DNA from: Longimicrobiales bacterium
GTDB lineage: Bacteria; Gemmatimonadota; Gemmatimonadetes; Longimicrobiales; Gaopeijiaceae
Length of the DNA stretch: 64,000 bases
Assembly: GCA_965226375.1 (NCBI GenBank)
Contig: CBDDCX010000006.1
Coordinates: 512,001-576,000, forward strand
Direction of reading: 5' to 3'
Numbering within the stretch: position 1 is the first letter of the stretch; every line of letters begins with the position of its first letter. The position numbers and the translations under genes were made by a program. The notes beneath the pieces were generated by a model. The model did not search any database and was not told the origin of the DNA. It saw only the letters and a list, made by a program, of their open reading frames with translations. This document shows positions 1 to 9,181 of the stretch, in pieces.

Positions 1-1530
1 GTCGAGGATCAGCACCCGAGGGCGCTCGAGGATGACACGGGCGATGGCCACCCGTTGACGCTGACCTGCACTGAGCGTCACCCCGCGCTCACCGACCACC
101 TGGTCGAGCCCGTTGGGCAATCCGGCGATGAACTCGCTGGCGTGCGCGGCGCGCGCCGCCCCTTCGATCTCCGTCTCTGTGGCCTCGAGGTTGCCGTAGA
201 TCATGTTCTCACGAAGCGTCCCGGCGAACAGCATCGGCTCCTGCGGGACGATGCCGATCTCACTCCTGAGGTCGTGAAGAGACACAGCCCGCACATCGAC
301 GCCGTCCAGAGACACGCCACCCTCTTCCACGTCGAAGAAGCGCGGGATCAACGAAGCGAGCGTAGTCTTGCCCGCCCCGGAGCTGCCCACCAGCGCCACG
401 GTCTCGCCCTCTTCCAGGGTGAGATCGATCCCGTCCAGGACACGTGGCAGATCCGGGCCGTAGCGGAAGGTGACCCCCTCGTACCGCACCACCCCTCGGG
501 TCGGGCGGGGCAACGCCTTCGGGTTAGCCGGTGATTCGATGGTCACCGGGTGGTCCAGGAGCTCGAAGATACGGCGAGCCGCTCCCGCGGCCTCCTGGAG
601 ATTCCCCCAGAAGCCGGCCAGGGAGGTAATCGCCCCAGAGATGGTCACCGCGTAAAGAAGAAACGCGACAAGCGTGCCTGGAGTCAGCTCCCCAGCCAGA
701 ACCAGGCGCCCCCCCTCCCAGAGCACGACGACGATGGCCCCGAACGCGGCAAAGGTGATGGCCCCCGTAAGGCTCGCCCGGGCCACGGCACGCCGGAGAC
801 CTTCGTCACGGGCGCGATTCACCTCGGTCTCGTAGGCCCGTGCTTCGTATCCCTCCCGAGTAAAGCTCTGCACGGTCCGGATCTGAGTGAACACCTGCTC
901 CGCGCGGGACACGGCCTCGGCCAGACGATCCTGGATGTGCGTGCTCAAGTGGCGGACTCGGCGTCCGAAGAACCAGCCCACCAAAGCAGCGAAAGGAATC
1001 GCCGTAAGGGTCACCAGGGTCAACCGCGGATGGGTGATAGTGACGAGGACCAGGGCGCCGACCAGGAAGATTCCCTGACGAATGATCTCGGGCACGCCGA
1101 AACGAAGCACGTTCTGGACGAGCCCGGAGTCCGACGCGAGGCGCGAGGTGAGCTCGCCGACCCGTCTGGCAGCGAAGAAGCCGGGAGGCTGGTGTACCAA
1201 GGAAGTGAACAGGTCCCGCCTGAGATCCGCGACGACGCGTTCAGAGACTGAAGCGGTCAGATAACTCTGACTGAAATTCACCACCGCCTGCCCGGCAAAT
1301 AACACCAACAGTCCCAGTGCGACCCGATTGAGGAGGCCGGAGTCGTTCGCCAGGAAGGCGGCGTCGAGCAGTTCACGGACGACGAGCGGAAAGGCCAGAC
1401 CGACCCCCGTGCTCATGAGCATGAGCACCGCGGCGGCGGCCAGGGACATACGATAGGGGCGGACCCGTGGCGCAAGGCGCCGAAGGAAACCTACCGTCTT
1501 CTTCGGGCTCAGACGCTCCCGTGGCGGCAC
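1..1530 (-). CDS. ABC exporter, fused permease/ATP-binding (MsbA-like); 3' end lies outside the window
   Basis: Read manually on the minus strand (not in the ORF track): GTG at 1530, MPPRERLSPKKTVGFLRRLAPRVRPYR then TM helices, Walker A VALVGSSGAGKTT, signature LSAGQRQRVAIAR, Walker B VLILD at the window edge. Confidence 0.9.
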   Translation of the reverse strand, partial: MPPRERLSPKKTVGFLRRLAPRVRPYRMSLAAAAVLMLMSTGVGLAFPLVVRELLDAAFLANDSGLLNRVALGLLVLFAGQAVVNFSQSYLTASVSERVVADLRRDLFTSLVHQPPGFFAARRVGELTSRLASDSGLVQNVLRFGVPEIIRQGIFLVGALVLVTITHPRLTLVTLTAIPFAALVGWFFGRRVRHLSTHIQDRLAEAVSRAEQVFTQIRTVQSFTREGYEARAYETEVNRARDEGLRRAVARASLTGAITFAAFGAIVVVLWEGGRLVLAGELTPGTLVAFLLYAVTISGAITSLAGFWGNLQEAAGAARRIFELLDHPVTIESPANPKALPRPTRGVVRYEGVTFRYGPDLPRVLDGIDLTLEEGETVALVGSSGAGKTTLASLIPRFFDVEEGGVSLDGVDVRAVSLHDLRSEIGIVPQEPMLFAGTLRENMIYGNLEATETEIEGAARAAHASEFIAGLPNGLDQVVGERGVTLSAGQRQRVAIARVILERPRVLILD

Positions 1531-1629
1531 GGAGATGTCCTCATCTCTCTCGGATCCATGAAATAGGCCGGTAATTCATTAGTTTTCCTGGGGCCAATCC
1601 CCGGCCAATGATATGAACGACGATCCGGA

Positions 1630-2577
1630 ATGAACACCGTGCATCATCATAGAGGCTTCTTCGTCACAACGGTCTGGACCCTGGGGCTCCTATTCCTGGG
1701 AAGCGTCGTCCACGCCACCGAATCGAGTCTCGCGTGCCCGGACTGGCCCACCTGTTACGGGACCATGGTTCCCGAGATGACCGGCGGGGTTTTTTGGGAG
1801 CATCTGCATCGACTGGTCGCGGGCGGTCTGGTGCTCATATTCGCCGCCACGACCTACGTGGGATGGAAGCCCGAAGCACGCCGCCCGGCCATCAGGAAGT
1901 GGGCCCTCGCGGGCATCGCTTTGCTCATCGTCCAGAGCGTCTTTGGCGGACTCACGGTCCTCATGCGACTCCCGGACGCCGTCTCCACGACGCATCTGGC
2001 GCTGGCGTTCCTCTTCCTGGCACTCGCGACGGGCCTGACGGTGGTGACCTCGCCACGTTGGATATCGGGAGACGGTCCGGCGGAGGGCCTGGTGGGGCTT
2101 CGCAAGATCGCTCTCGCGGGGGCGGTTCTCACCTTCCTGCAGTCGGTCCTGGGCGCGGCCGTACGGCACATGGATGCCGGCTTGGTGTGCCCGGACGTCC
2201 CCCTGTGCCTAGGTCAGTGGGTTCCGCCTCTGCAGACCGCGACCGTGGCGGTCCACTTCGGGCACAGAGTGGTCGGAATCCTGCTGCTGATGTCCCTCAT
2301 GATCCTTACGGTTCGGGCGATTAGGGAACTCGGCCCGTCTGTGGCCAGGACGCTCGCCGTATCGGCGGGAGCCGTCGTGATCACTCAGGTCATGCTGGGG
2401 TTCCTCTCGGTGTACACGCGCCTGGCGGTTATCCCCGTATCGCTCCACACGCTGCTTGCGGCGACCATCCTGACCCTCACGGTCGCTGTGGCGGTGATGA
2501 CATGGGCTCCCCGGATAGGTGACTCCCCTACCGCCGACGTCACAGCTGGAAGCGCGTCCGTGGCAGCAGGGCACTAG
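1630..2577 (+). CDS. ctaA: COX15/CtaA family heme A synthase
   Basis: LACPDWPTCYG, WEHLHRLVAG, a second CPDVPLC loop, conserved His residues, about 8 TM helices. Confidence 0.85.
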   Translation: MNTVHHHRGFFVTTVWTLGLLFLGSVVHATESSLACPDWPTCYGTMVPEMTGGVFWEHLHRLVAGGLVLIFAATTYVGWKPEARRPAIRKWALAGIALLIVQSVFGGLTVLMRLPDAVSTTHLALAFLFLALATGLTVVTSPRWISGDGPAEGLVGLRKIALAGAVLTFLQSVLGAAVRHMDAGLVCPDVPLCLGQWVPPLQTATVAVHFGHRVVGILLLMSLMILTVRAIRELGPSVARTLAVSAGAVVITQVMLGFLSVYTRLAVIPVSLHTLLAATILTLTVAVAVMTWAPRIGDSPTADVTAGSASVAAGH

Positions 2578-2620
2578 AGGTCGGTCAAGACCGGACCCCT
2601 GGAGGCACGCGACTCCAGGT

Positions 2621-3370
2621 TCAGGCCAACGGGACGGCGATCTCTACCTCGGCACCTCCTTCGGTGCGGTTGCGCAGATGGATTCGCCCGGCCTGTAGCT
2701 CCACGGCCCGTCGTGCATGCGAGAGGCCCAATCCGAGCCCATCCTTGCTCGTCGTATAGAAGGGGTCGTACGCCCGGGACAAAGCCTCTGCCGTGAACCC
2801 CGGCCCGTCATCCTGGACGAGCACCCGACCCCACTCGTCATCGGCGGAAACCGTCACGACCACTCCCTTGCCCTCCCCGAACACCGTGGAGTTGTGGAGA
2901 ATGAGGTAGAGCGCATCGAGCAGGGCCTCGCTATTTACGTGGACGGGAACCGACCCCTTGGCGGACACCATGACCGACAGGTCCCAGTCGGCCTCGAAGT
3001 CGCGAACGGCCTCCTTGGCGATGTCCAACAGATCTTCTTCGCCTATTTCGTCCGAAGGAGCCTCGAGAAAGAAGTGGAGATCGTCGACCGCAGCGACCGC
3101 TTGCTCCGCAGCTTTTCTGAGCGACAGTCTCCGGTCTTTGAACGCCGCCGCCAGCGGAGCATCCACGTTCTCACGCAGGTATCCGCCGATCCGGGAAAGG
3201 GCGAGATGACAAGCCTCGTCGGGGCCGCTACCCTCGGGCGAGGAAGTGGGAGCGGACCCGGCCCCCCGAGCAGGCCCCCCCTTTGGCCGACTCGAACTCC
3301 TTCCGACGAAGAAGCCAACCAAAGCTGCCACCAGGGCAGCGATCACCGATACCGCCGACAACCCGTCCAT
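2621..3370 (-). CDS. Membrane-anchored histidine-kinase-like ATPase (HATPase_c) with no recognisable H-box His
   Basis: N-terminal TM helix; N-box LILHN, G1 VQDDGPGF, F YDPFYTT, G2 GLGLGLS. Confidence 0.75.
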   Translation of the reverse strand: MDGLSAVSVIAALVAALVGFFVGRSSSRPKGGPARGAGSAPTSSPEGSGPDEACHLALSRIGGYLRENVDAPLAAAFKDRRLSLRKAAEQAVAAVDDLHFFLEAPSDEIGEEDLLDIAKEAVRDFEADWDLSVMVSAKGSVPVHVNSEALLDALYLILHNSTVFGEGKGVVVTVSADDEWGRVLVQDDGPGFTAEALSRAYDPFYTTSKDGLGLGLSHARRAVELQAGRIHLRNRTEGGAEVEIAVPLA

Positions 3371-3442
3371 GTGCCTCCGTACTCGGGCTCGCCAGGTGCA
3401 GCGGACCCGTGTGATGTATTGAGAACCTACGCAGCAGGTCCC

Positions 3443-4093
3443 TCATCGAGGAGGAACTTGCTCGACTCCTCCCTGGATTCCCCACCGACAAAAGGCGTCA
3501 CCCCGTGCCTCACACGCCAGATGATCGACAACCGGCGCCCCGTGAATGGTCGCTCCCAAGACCGCAGAGCAGAGGCCCGATACCAGGCGACACGCATCGC
3601 CGCCGGGATCGGCCTGCATGAACAGTAGCGCTCGGCCTTCCATCGTAAACCCACCGCCGGCGAAGCCCCCTATGCGTCTTCCGAACAGCGCCTTGAGCCG
3701 ACGACGTACGCGCCTACGAGCCAGAGCCACCGCCAACCCGCGGGGCATGAACCGGGATCGTCGATCAGTGGATCTGTTCGCGAGCCTCTTTCCGCACTCG
3801 AAGAACACCTCTTCAGAGTCGGGTCTCTTGATCACGAGACCCACCAGATTGCTGAACTCATGATCCGAGATCTTCCGCCCGAGCTTCACCTCGTCCTGAT
3901 AGTTGCGGATCTGACGTTCCACGACATCGCTCAACCCCAGCCTGCGGGGCATTGTGATCGACGTGTCCTCCTCCTCGAACACCTCGGAGGGCCGATCATG
4001 CGTCTGGATGACCTCGAGCAGCGTGAGGGCGACCACAGCCGATACGCGGCGGCGTCCGTTGGCAGCAGCAGGGGGAGTCTGGCCGTGGTCCAT
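3443..4093 (-). CDS. Hypothetical protein with a C-terminal V4R-like Cys motif
   Basis: Likely native start MDHGQ at 4093; C-terminal DACRLVSG...HLACEARGDAFCRW resembles the V4R metal-binding motif. Confidence 0.6.
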   Translation of the reverse strand: MDHGQTPPAAANGRRRVSAVVALTLLEVIQTHDRPSEVFEEEDTSITMPRRLGLSDVVERQIRNYQDEVKLGRKISDHEFSNLVGLVIKRPDSEEVFFECGKRLANRSTDRRSRFMPRGLAVALARRRVRRRLKALFGRRIGGFAGGGFTMEGRALLFMQADPGGDACRLVSGLCSAVLGATIHGAPVVDHLACEARGDAFCRWGIQGGVEQVPPR

Positions 4094-4309
4094 CGCGGTG
4101 GTTTCGTGGTTACCGGTCTTCGAGGGAATCGGTGACAGCCTCAGATGCGTACGGTCAGGGAGGCGGTCGCTGCGGCTAATCTCGCTGAGCATCTGCCACC
4201 CGGCAACGCACCCGCGTCGCGGCTCGATATCGAGTCCGTACCGATATGAGAGTGACATCGCAGCACGCGGCTCGTATATAGTCTTCAACACCACCGACGA
4301 ATAAGGCAT

Positions 4310-5360
4310 ATGGGGTATTGCCTTAAGTCCACCGCCCACTACATGTTGTGGTCATGGCGGTTCCGGCTTCTCAGCTCCGTGGCGGCGTGGACTATCCCCG
4401 TACGCGGCTGGAGTTGGACGAGTTCTTCCCCGACGATGCGGCATGCCTGGAGTACGTGGAGGGTCTGCGCTGGCCGGAAGGGTTTGTGTGCGTGGGCTGT
4501 GGCGGGTTGGGAGAGGTCTGGCGAGCATCGCGGGGGCGTCTCGTCTGCCCACACTGTCGAAGGCAGACCTCGGTGCTGGCGGGAACCGTGTTCCACCGCA
4601 CGCGCTCGCCCCTGCGTCTGTGGTTTCTCGCTGCCTGGGAGCTCACGAGCCAGAAATACGGAGCCAATGCTCTCGGGCTCCAGCGCGTGCTCGGACTGGG
4701 AAGCTACAAGACAGCGTGGGTCTGGCTCCACAAGCTCCGCCGGGCCATGGTCCGACCGGATCGCGACCAGCTGAGCGGCGTTGTGCAAGTGGACGAGAGC
4801 TATGTCGGGGGCGTGGAGGCTGGAGTGCGGGGCCGCGAGACGATCAAGAAGGCCATCGTCGCGATCGCCGCCGAGGTCGACGGACGCAAGATCGGGAGAA
4901 TACGGCTGCGTTGGGTGCCCGACCTCTCCGCTCCGGTTCTGCGAGGCTTCGTCAAGGATAGCATCGCACCGGCAAGCACGGTGCATACCGACGGATGGCC
5001 AAGCTATCAGGGACTCGCCAAACTGGGCTTTCGCCACACGGTCACGAACCTCTCGACCTCCGGCGATCCCGCTCACGTGCTCATGTCGGCCGTACATCGG
5101 GTGGCGTCTCTCCTCAAGCGCTGGGTCCTCGGAACCCTCCAAGGAGGGATCGCCCGCGAACACCTCCCCTACTATCTGGACGAGTTCACCTTTCGCTTCA
5201 ACCGACGCACATCCCGGGCTCGCGGCCTGTTGTTCTACCGCTTGCTTGAGCAGGCTGTTCAGTGTGCTCCCACGCCAGCTTCGGCCCTTTACCTCGGCAC
5301 CGGACGTGGGAAACGGCCCGCAGAGCCCCGGTAACCACTATTGGAGTGTGACGGGAATCG
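4310..5360 (+). mobile_element. IS1595-family insertion sequence, copy 1 (right end degenerate)
   Basis: Left end ATGGGGTATTGCCTTAAGTCCACC matches the other copies; matches copy 3 until 5341, then only a gapped remnant of the right inverted repeat. Confidence 0.9.
4348..5334 (+). CDS. IS1595-family transposase (ISSod11-like D-D-H type)
   Basis: Zn ribbon CVGC/CPHC, HTH region, [42 protein letters not shown]. Confidence 0.95.
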   Translation: MVMAVPASQLRGGVDYPRTRLELDEFFPDDAACLEYVEGLRWPEGFVCVGCGGLGEVWRASRGRLVCPHCRRQTSVLAGTVFHRTRSPLRLWFLAAWELTSQKYGANALGLQRVLGLGSYKTAWVWLHKLRRAMVRPDRDQLSGVVQVDESYVGGVEAGVRGRETIKKAIVAIAAEVDGRKIGRIRLRWVPDLSAPVLRGFVKDSIAPASTVHTDGWPSYQGLAKLGFRHTVTNLSTSGDPAHVLMSAVHRVASLLKRWVLGTLQGGIAREHLPYYLDEFTFRFNRRTSRARGLLFYRLLEQAVQCAPTPASALYLGTGRGKRPAEPR

Positions 5361-5511
5361 TGCGGCCACCCTGGGGGGGCTGGTTTCGAGCCGCGACGAC
5401 CGTTCCTTCATTCGCCCTTTGTCGTTCTTGTTTGTTCCCTCCCCCGGATCTTTTTAGTTTTGGTCCGGCACCCGCCCGAACAGACACCCGCACCGATCCG
5501 GACCTTCACCT

Positions 5512-6630
5512 GTGAAACGGTACGCGACCTACGATCCGCCGGAATACCTGGAGTGGACTCCGGATCCGGGTGACATCGAAGGGTACGAGCGCGCCGTCCT
5601 CGACGACGGCGCACGGGCCCCGATCATCAAAGAGCTCGACGAGGCGCGGCTTTGTGCACTGTACCGCGACCTTCTCCTGACACGCCTGCACGATATCGGA
5701 CTCAAGCGATGGGTGCGACAGGGTGTGCTTTCCAAGGCGTGGCTTGGCACCGGGGAAGAAGCGGTCACGGTGGGCTCGGTCTCGGCGCTCGACCGCGAGA
5801 GAGACGTGGTCTGCCCCATGATCCGGAATGCAGGGGCCTGCCACATGATGGGCATGCCTATGGCCGAGCTGTTCAGGGCCTATCTGGCCACCGCCGACTC
5901 ACCCAGTGGGGGGCGGGACCTCCATGCCGGCGATGCTTCGGTGGGGGTCATACAACCCATCAGCCACATGGGCACAAGCGTGCCCGTCATGGCCGGAGTG
6001 GCACTCGCCTTCAAGCAGCGGAACGAAGATCGCGTCGCCATGACCTGGGTGGGCGACGGGGCGACCCGCACCGCAGCGTGCCACGAGGGCATGAATTTCG
6101 CTGCGGTTCAAGATGTTCCAGCGGTGTTCGTGATACAGAACAACCAAGTCGCCCTGGGCACACGACTCGACCAACATGGCGTCGGGGACCTGGCGTACTG
6201 GCCTGATATGTACGGCATCCCGTCGTGGACAGCCGACGGTAACAACCTGCTGGACGTATATGCGGCTACGACCCTGGCCGTGCGCCGGTGCCGGGAGGGT
6301 CAAGGACCGGCCATCGTGCTGGCCGAGACCTTCCGCATGGGCGGCCATGCCACCCATGATGAGGGTGAGGCCCGCGCCACGTTTTCGCCGGAGATGTTCG
6401 AGGCCTGGGGGCGCCGCGATCCCGTGGGGCTCTTCGAGGAGTTCCTAAAGAGCAAGGGAATCTCCGAGGCACGACTGACCGCGATCGAGGATGAAGCAGT
6501 CGCCCTCGTGGACGCGGCCGCACAGGATTCTCTGAGTTCGCGGCAAGACCTCCCGGAGCCCGAGCAGGCGCTGTACTCAGGCTTCTCGGAGGGGGGTCGC
6601 TTGTTTACCCTCGCTCGCCGGCCGGTCTGA
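5512..6630 (+). CDS. TPP-dependent 2-oxoacid dehydrogenase E1 alpha-like subunit
   Basis: GDGATRTAACHEGMNFAA...QNNQ TPP-binding motif, FRMGGHATHD, RRDPV. Confidence 0.85.
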   Translation: MKRYATYDPPEYLEWTPDPGDIEGYERAVLDDGARAPIIKELDEARLCALYRDLLLTRLHDIGLKRWVRQGVLSKAWLGTGEEAVTVGSVSALDRERDVVCPMIRNAGACHMMGMPMAELFRAYLATADSPSGGRDLHAGDASVGVIQPISHMGTSVPVMAGVALAFKQRNEDRVAMTWVGDGATRTAACHEGMNFAAVQDVPAVFVIQNNQVALGTRLDQHGVGDLAYWPDMYGIPSWTADGNNLLDVYAATTLAVRRCREGQGPAIVLAETFRMGGHATHDEGEARATFSPEMFEAWGRRDPVGLFEEFLKSKGISEARLTAIEDEAVALVDAAAQDSLSSRQDLPEPEQALYSGFSEGGRLFTLARRPV

Positions 6631-6669
6631 CCCTTGTAGGTAAGTACCCGAGCCAGCATATTTCAAACT

Positions 6670-6688
6670 GAAAGTGAGAATCATTATC
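6670..6688. promoter_or_regulatory. Candidate Fur box
   Basis: GAAAGTGAGAATCATTATC matches GATAATGATAATCATTATC at 16/19, in an AT-rich intergenic patch 65 bp upstream of the ECF sigma start. Confidence 0.7.
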
Positions 6689-6753
6689 GGTAATCCTCGT
6701 GAATGCGGTGACTCCGAAATTCTCACTGACGGCCCTACCTAACCGGAACGCGC

Positions 6754-7386
6754 ATGGTAAAGCCGAATATGACCGATCAGTTCGCGACCTACCTGGCAGA
6801 GGAACCCCTCGCGCAGCTCAGTGACGAGGATCTCGTGACTGCGCACCTTCAGGGTCGAATGGGGGCTTTCGCGGGCCTCTACGAACGCTATCACGACCGC
6901 CTGGTCCACTTCGTCACGCGCAAGACCGGTGACAGCGACAGGGCACAGGATCTCGTCCAGGAGGCCTTCATTCGGGTGACTCGACACCTCCATCGGTTCG
7001 ACACGACGAAGAAGTTCTCCACGTGGGTGTACACCATCGCCAGCAACCTCTCCAAGAACGAGCTGCGCAATCGATCCCGCAGTCCTCTCATCCTCTTCCA
7101 GCGGCTCACCGGTAACTGGGACGACGACCATCGGCCCCTGCAGTTTGAGGACTTCCGGATGAGGCCCGACGATCTCTACAGGAAACGGTACCTGAGACGC
7201 CTGGTGGAGGACACCGTGGAGGAACTGCCGGAGCACCACCGGTTGGTGTTCAGGCTCCGTGAGCTCGAGGGAAAGAGCTACGAGGAGATCGCCGAGATCA
7301 CCGGGGTCAACCTCGGAACCGTGAAGAGTCGGCTGCATCGCGCCAGGAACTCATTCGCCCAGCGGATAGAGCCCTTCCTCAACTAG
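6754..7386 (+). CDS. ECF sigma-70 factor (RpoE/SigW-like)
   Basis: AQDLVQEAFIR, FSTWVYTIASN, region 4 LEGKSYEEIAEITGVNLGTVKSRLHRAR. Confidence 0.92.
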   Translation: MVKPNMTDQFATYLAEEPLAQLSDEDLVTAHLQGRMGAFAGLYERYHDRLVHFVTRKTGDSDRAQDLVQEAFIRVTRHLHRFDTTKKFSTWVYTIASNLSKNELRNRSRSPLILFQRLTGNWDDDHRPLQFEDFRMRPDDLYRKRYLRRLVEDTVEELPEHHRLVFRLRELEGKSYEEIAEITGVNLGTVKSRLHRARNSFAQRIEPFLN

Positions 7387-7410
7387 GGCCGATTCTCCAC
7401 AATTAGGACC

Positions 7411-8072
7411 ATGTTCGACAACCTACGCCGAGCCTTCCGAGAAGCCGTCGACAATTTCAAGGAAGAGTTGGACCGCGATGACGTACCGGAGGCGGTAGAT
7501 GATCTCCTCCGGGCGATGAAGCGCGAAGCCGCCGACACCCAGGCCGAACCCAACGGCTGGAGGCGGCCATCAAAAAGGCCATCGACGCCACCGACACGGA
7601 AGAGCGCCAGGGAGAGACGTGCAGGCGTCGCGAAAAGATGGCCTCCGAGATCGGCGACGAAGAGACCGCACGGGTGGCGCGGGAATACGCCGAGAAGCAT
7701 GAGCACCGTCGTGACGTCCATGAACAGAAGGCCCTCGCCCTCAAGAAAGAGCTGGACATGCGTCGGAGCGAGTTCAAGGAGATGATCGCGGCCATCAAGG
7801 ACGCCGAGAAGAACCGGGACACGCTCACGGCTACGGCAGGGCGGGCCACAGCTCGAAATTCCATTGAAGGTGCAGACGATCTGTTCGCGGAGTTGGACCG
7901 AATCGCGGATGACTTAGAGGACGACGATGCCCAGCGAGAGGCTCAGATAGAAGTGAACGAGGCATTGGACGACGATCCACTGGATGAGTTCCGATCGGCT
8001 CCCGAGCCGCCTCCCATGGACGTCGACGCCCGGTTGGACGCGCTAAAGCGCGCCATGGGGAAGGAAGACTAG
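7411..8072 (+). pseudogene. PspA/IM30-like coiled-coil protein with a 1-bp frameshift near 7547 (possible sequencing error)
   Basis: Adding one A at GCCGAACCCAA joins ORF 7411 to ORF 7638 (AETQRLEAAIKKA...CRRREKMASEIGDEETARVA); C-terminus DVDARLDALKRAMG. Confidence 0.65.
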
Positions 8073-8075
8073 AGT

Positions 8076-8585
8076 CTAGTCCAGGTCCAACTCTTCGCCC
8101 GCCTCGGCCAACTCACGGAAAAACAACAAGCCCGCGCACTCCCCTGCGAGAAACAGCAGATCCTCCCGCGTTCCCGACATCACGGATTCGTGGGTATCAC
8201 CGAGATCATCAAGAACCAGAAACCAATTCTTTCCTCTTCGGTTCCCGAGGAATACCGCCACCGTGTCGCCGTCCTCGAGAACTGTGGGTGCTTCGCCACC
8301 GATATCACTTTGGATGGTTGGAAGCGTGAAGGCGGTCCGAGCGGGCTCCGCCGCCAGATCCAGGACGAAGAGAGCCTCGGGCTCGGTGTCGCCCTGTCCG
8401 GCGACCGAGACCAACCCGCCCCTCCCGCCTCCGACTAGGTAGATCGAGCGCCATATCGGTAGCGCAAAGCGTGTTCGCTCCCCCTCGCCACCCCAGACGG
8501 AGAAGTTACTGCGTGAGCCTGCCTGCTCCCCGTCAGCCGGGGTTCGGCCCATATACTTGGTCAGATCGATGACGTCGTCGTTCAC
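8076..8585 (-). CDS. Hypothetical protein
   Basis: Open frame with plausible composition, probable GTG start VNDDVIDLTKY; C-terminal REDLLFLAGECAGLLF. Confidence 0.6.
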   Translation of the reverse strand: MNDDVIDLTKYMGRTPADGEQAGSRSNFSVWGGEGERTRFALPIWRSIYLVGGGRGGLVSVAGQGDTEPEALFVLDLAAEPARTAFTLPTIQSDIGGEAPTVLEDGDTVAVFLGNRRGKNWFLVLDDLGDTHESVMSGTREDLLFLAGECAGLLFFRELAEAGEELDLD

Positions 8586-8792
8586 GATCGAACCGTAGAC
8601 CCGCAGGCTCTGGGGCGCAATGCGATCCGAGCGAGGTCGACCGAGTCCCTCGGGCTCAAGACTCTCAGGGTCCAACCCTGGAGCTCAGCGGTGGAGCTCA
8701 GCGGTGGCGCGGACCGACGGATTTCTTAGATTCTCCTCCTTGAGGCCTCGGCCTCTGACGTTGAGACCACGCTTGACCCCAAACGGTGACCA

Positions 8793-9071
8793 ATGGAGAA
8801 CTGGATCGGCATCGGCATATGGATCGTGATGGGGGCCTTTGTCGGCCTTCTCATGCGTATGGCTATCAAACGACCGGAGGAGACCTCCGGGCACGTCCCG
8901 GTCCTCATGGTGCTCGGCGCCTTCGGTGCCGTCATCGGAGGCATGCTGGGAGTCGGCATATTCGAGTTCGACGATCCCCTGGCGCTGAGCGCCGGCGGAA
9001 TGGGCGGTGCTCTGGCGTTGTCCGCGTTGATGAGTTTCGTCTACCGGTGGGGCATTCGCGGTCTCATCTGA
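8793..9071 (+). CDS. GlsB/YeaQ/YmgE (transglycosylase-associated) small membrane protein
   Basis: WIVMGAFVGLL...LGAFGAVIGGML pattern, three hydrophobic segments. Confidence 0.65.
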   Translation: MENWIGIGIWIVMGAFVGLLMRMAIKRPEETSGHVPVLMVLGAFGAVIGGMLGVGIFEFDDPLALSAGGMGGALALSALMSFVYRWGIRGLI

Positions 9072-9181
9072 CGGGTCGACAAATTACGTGTTCTATGTTC
9101 GAGAGGCGGCGGCCCACAGGCCGGCGCCTCTTCGTTCAAAGGCATCAACGGGCCTCAGCGGCCTCTTGAAGAAAATCGATC

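Noticed and set aside
8679..8707. 13-bp tandem duplication TGGAGCTCAGCGG in a divergent intergenic region
   Set aside because: Two copies only, GC-rich, no other occurrence noticed; slippage is a sufficient explanation
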